DNA of 64,000 nucleotides from Eledone cirrhosa (Eukaryota), in the NCBI GenBank assembly GCA_964016885.1, contig OZ024741.1, positions 285,882,001 through 285,946,000 on the forward strand. The letters run 5' to 3'. The notes below the pieces were generated by a model, which did not search any database, was not told where the DNA came from, and was given only the letters and a program-made list of their open reading frames with translations. A program made the translations under genes and the position numbers. Position 1 is the first letter of the stretch. Every line of letters begins with the position of its first letter. Of the stretch, positions 60,418 through 64,000 are shown one piece after another.

Positions 60418-60721
60418 TTCTTAATAGGCATTTGAACTGTCAACAGGCTGCGGTTCGCACACACATCCCTGCTGACCATTATCACAACAACGAACACTTT
60501 ACTACTACTACACACACACGCACACATATTTGTTGTGAAAGAGTCATTTCTCAGTCAGCCGACACAAACCTACATTTGGCGCAAAATCATTTTTTTACAT
60601 TCACATGACCTCTAGCGACCAATCAAAATTGTTGCAACACGAATTGGCGCAAAACTTATTTTAATACCGCTGGAGCCACTTTTTTAACATAAAAAACAGG
60701 TAGAATTCCCAAAACTAATCA

Positions 60722-61047
<326 letters not shown>

Positions 61048-61057
61048 GTGTGTATGT

Positions 61058-61089
<32 letters not shown>

Positions 61090-61452
61090 AGAAATAAACA
61101 CAGTAAATTCTGCATCTAAAATTACGAGGGTAGATTTTACCACAAATGTTTTATATATTTAAACTGAAGCATACAGTAAGATACAAGATTTCCTATACAT
61201 ATATTAATAATATAATTGTTTCTACTTTAGGCACAAGGCCAGCAATTACCCAGTACATTACTAGTACTTTATTTTATCGACCCCGTAAGGATGAAAGGCA
61301 AAGTTAACCTCGGCGGGATTTGAACTCAGAATGGCAAGGGCCGTAACTCTATGCGTCAAAGCATGGCGTCCGATAATATAATGCTCAGTATTTATACTTT
61401 GAGCTTGATAATTACAGAGTATCAATATGAGTTAATAACTCTATATTTTATT

Positions 61453-61493
<41 letters not shown>

Positions 61494-61496
<3 letters not shown>

Positions 61497-62132
61497 CTAG
61501 CCTCACACTTAGCACGCACAAATAATAAGAAAATTAGGGAAGGTTTTGAGACCATCAGATCTGCAAATAACCACCAACCACCCTAACTCACTGGGAAATG
61601 GGTTGCCTGATGGAGGCTTGACCCACCAAATGCTCAATTAATGCCTCGGGATAGTGCAAACAACCACTCGTCCCGACGCAAGTTGAATGACACAATCCGC
61701 AACTGTAATTGTAGGCGAAGAGATAGTTGCCCTCTCAGGGGCTACTGCCTCATGAAAAATATAGTCTACGCTTGTGACGTCACAACACCTACCTCTACCA
61801 AAACCTATATTGGCTCAACATCCACCTCGTTTAAAACGAGATATAACTCACACAGAGGCACCTTTAGGAATGATAGGCTTAAGAATACAACCTCGTTGGC
61901 AGGCTATATTTCTGTTTTAAAAAAAGCCGGCACCTCTTATACTCTTAATTGGAGACATCTGGCCAAGTCTGCACCTTATCACCCACCGAGCAAAATATGT
62001 AACCTGTGCCTTCTGGAAACTCACACCATAGTTTACTCCAGACAAAACCTGCTCAATCGGAAATCTGGGATATTTTCCTCCTATCAGCACAGAATCTTAA
62101 GCCATTTCTTCTATTTTAAGCCGAGTATCTAG
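61494..62132 (+). pseudogene. Naiad-type PLE GIY-YIG endonuclease fragment
   Basis: CNCRRRDSCPLRGYC (CxCx5C), NIVYAC, TYIGSTSTSFKTRYNSH, CNLCLLE, LLNRK. Begins at (TA)n; upstream in-frame stops. Confidence 0.85.
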
Positions 62133-63085
62133 ATAAGCCGTTCTTAACATAGGTTATTTTTCTTTTTCTTTTCTTTAGCACTCATTTATCTCTTCAACTT
62201 GCATACCCCTTAATGTTCCCGCACCCAAATGGTATGAAGGAGGGACCCCAACTGCGGTCTCGCTGGATTTGACCTGATTTTGAGGAAACTACACCTTAGT
62301 GTGGTAAGATCACCCTGCGTTCATAGAGATCAATCAATGTAAAAATACTGCGAACAACAGTGGTATATATATGGGTCCCAAAAGGATTGCTCCTATAGCA
62401 GACTCTAGTGATTATTAATGTCTCGTGCTATGAGTGAACCCGACATTGATGCCATAACCGGCCTCAGTGTGAGTGAACAGCTCATACCAGGGGGGTATTT
62501 GATATTGCGTTGATTGTCTCTGGCGAGTTTGGTCAAAATCTAGAGGTGTCCCCCTTTTCACGGAATGGTTTAATATGTATCTTCGTAAATAGACGGCCAG
62601 ACTGACCTCCCTTACCCTTCCCCCAAGGGAATGGCCGGCCTGCTAGGAGCGTTATGATGTCAACTCGAAATGTTTACTACGTCATCATATTCTGAGTGTT
62701 GATCTTTGAATGTGGGCAAAGTGAAGAACACAGAAGCGCCGGACAGCTGTAAACACTGGAATTAAACGGTCAATTAATTTTATTTAATTAATTAAATTTA
62801 AGCTTATTGGATTACCATTGTACCAGGTCGGAATATAGTAGGCGATACTGTGGATGCGCCGAATGTACCTTACAGCTTGATACGTATGATTACATCTATA
62901 CCTATATGACATGGAGAATTTAAGTCATTCGTTACACCACGTGGTATGCTGGGAAACTTAGGATTGCATGGATTCACATCCCCACATCTCCATGATGTGG
63001 AGGTATTGATCACGGCATGAGACTGGAGTAGATGATATTGTAATCGTAAGGGATAACACGGACGAGTGGAACACGTAGATACATG

Positions 63086-63171
<86 letters not shown>

Positions 63172-63520
63172 TTTTGAGTTTATGTTGGTTGTATACCAAC
63201 ACCTCAGTATGCAGGCTGGAGCACTCGACGAAGTGCGCAGGTTGGTTTGGTTACTCCGGAGTAGTGTAAAATAAAGTTAAATAAAAGTCAAATGATTAAA
63301 ATTTAGCTTCGTTTATTTTTCCTTATTTTTCCTTATTTTTCCTTATATTCCTTATCTTTCACTATCTTTAATTATTGTAACTGATTTTGGTCTTACTATG
63401 CATCGCCTTCTAGCGGTTGACACGTCGTCCAAGAATCCCACTCTTCTTAGACCCCTGTGCCACATATGGATCGTTCTTGTGATATAGGTCGGTAGAGTTT
63501 ATACTATTGATCTAATAACT

Positions 63521-63563
63521 CTCTGATGAGCCCTGCAATTATGCAAGGACGAAACACTGTCAG
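63521..63563 (+). ncRNA. Hammerhead motif with short stem I, near a (TA)n-abutting end
   Basis: CU-CUGAUGA-GCCCUGCA auua UGCAAGGAC-GAA-AC acu GU-C-AG. Confidence 0.6.
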
Positions 63564-63708
63564 CAAATAAAGATTAATTGATGATGTAAGCGCTCTTTGT
63601 TTTTGTTCCATATATATATATATGTATGTATATATAAATATATGTATATATATATATATATGCATATATTTATAAAAATAATATATTAAAGTTTCAACCT
63701 TAAAGGGA

Positions 63709-63767
<59 letters not shown>

Positions 63768-64000
63768 TAAAATAACAGATTAAAGTTTAAGCAAAGAATC
63801 GCTGCTTTCACCCTTAACGGGATCTTCTGAAACTAACAAAGTCAATCTGTAAACGCAGAACTGGATATTTAAAGAAAACGTTGCAACCGGAGGAAGACAG
63901 GAAGACGATACTTTGGTTCGTGGAAACGTTCGCTGGCAAAGAACGGGAAAAAACGAATAATACGTCATTAATAGGAGCGGTGAAAAACAATTACGCGCAA

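Noticed and set aside
61608-61610. In-frame TGA upstream of the Naiad GIY-YIG as selenocysteine
   Set aside because: It lies in a non-conserved linker rather than at a Cys position, and an in-frame TAA at 61584 shows decay.

Overview
AT-rich, microsatellite-dense eukaryotic intergenic or intronic DNA. It is probably an invertebrate, and the SINE types and (TA)n load resemble octopus (inference). No host protein-coding gene can be supported, and most ORFs in the track are translations of simple repeats. The window is dominated by retroelements: one 5'-truncated L1/Tx1 LINE with an 18-bp TSD, a near-full-length Penelope-like element (PLE; RT + GIY-YIG) fused head-to-head to a sister subfamily, three Naiad-type GIY-YIG fragments, an RTE fragment and many tRNA-derived SINEs. 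Two things stand out. First, I can fold by eye about a dozen type I hammerhead ribozyme (HHR) motifs from about 7 families. Three of these families are ORF-less tandem units of about 432, 510 and 550 nt with one HHR per unit, i.e. candidate non-LTR retrozymes that would give circular RNAs. Second, about ten fold-back (inverted) insertions sit in (TA)n tracts, each with one arm ending at a fixed boundary and the other carrying an extra 30-85 nt tail. All folds and alignments were done by eye.
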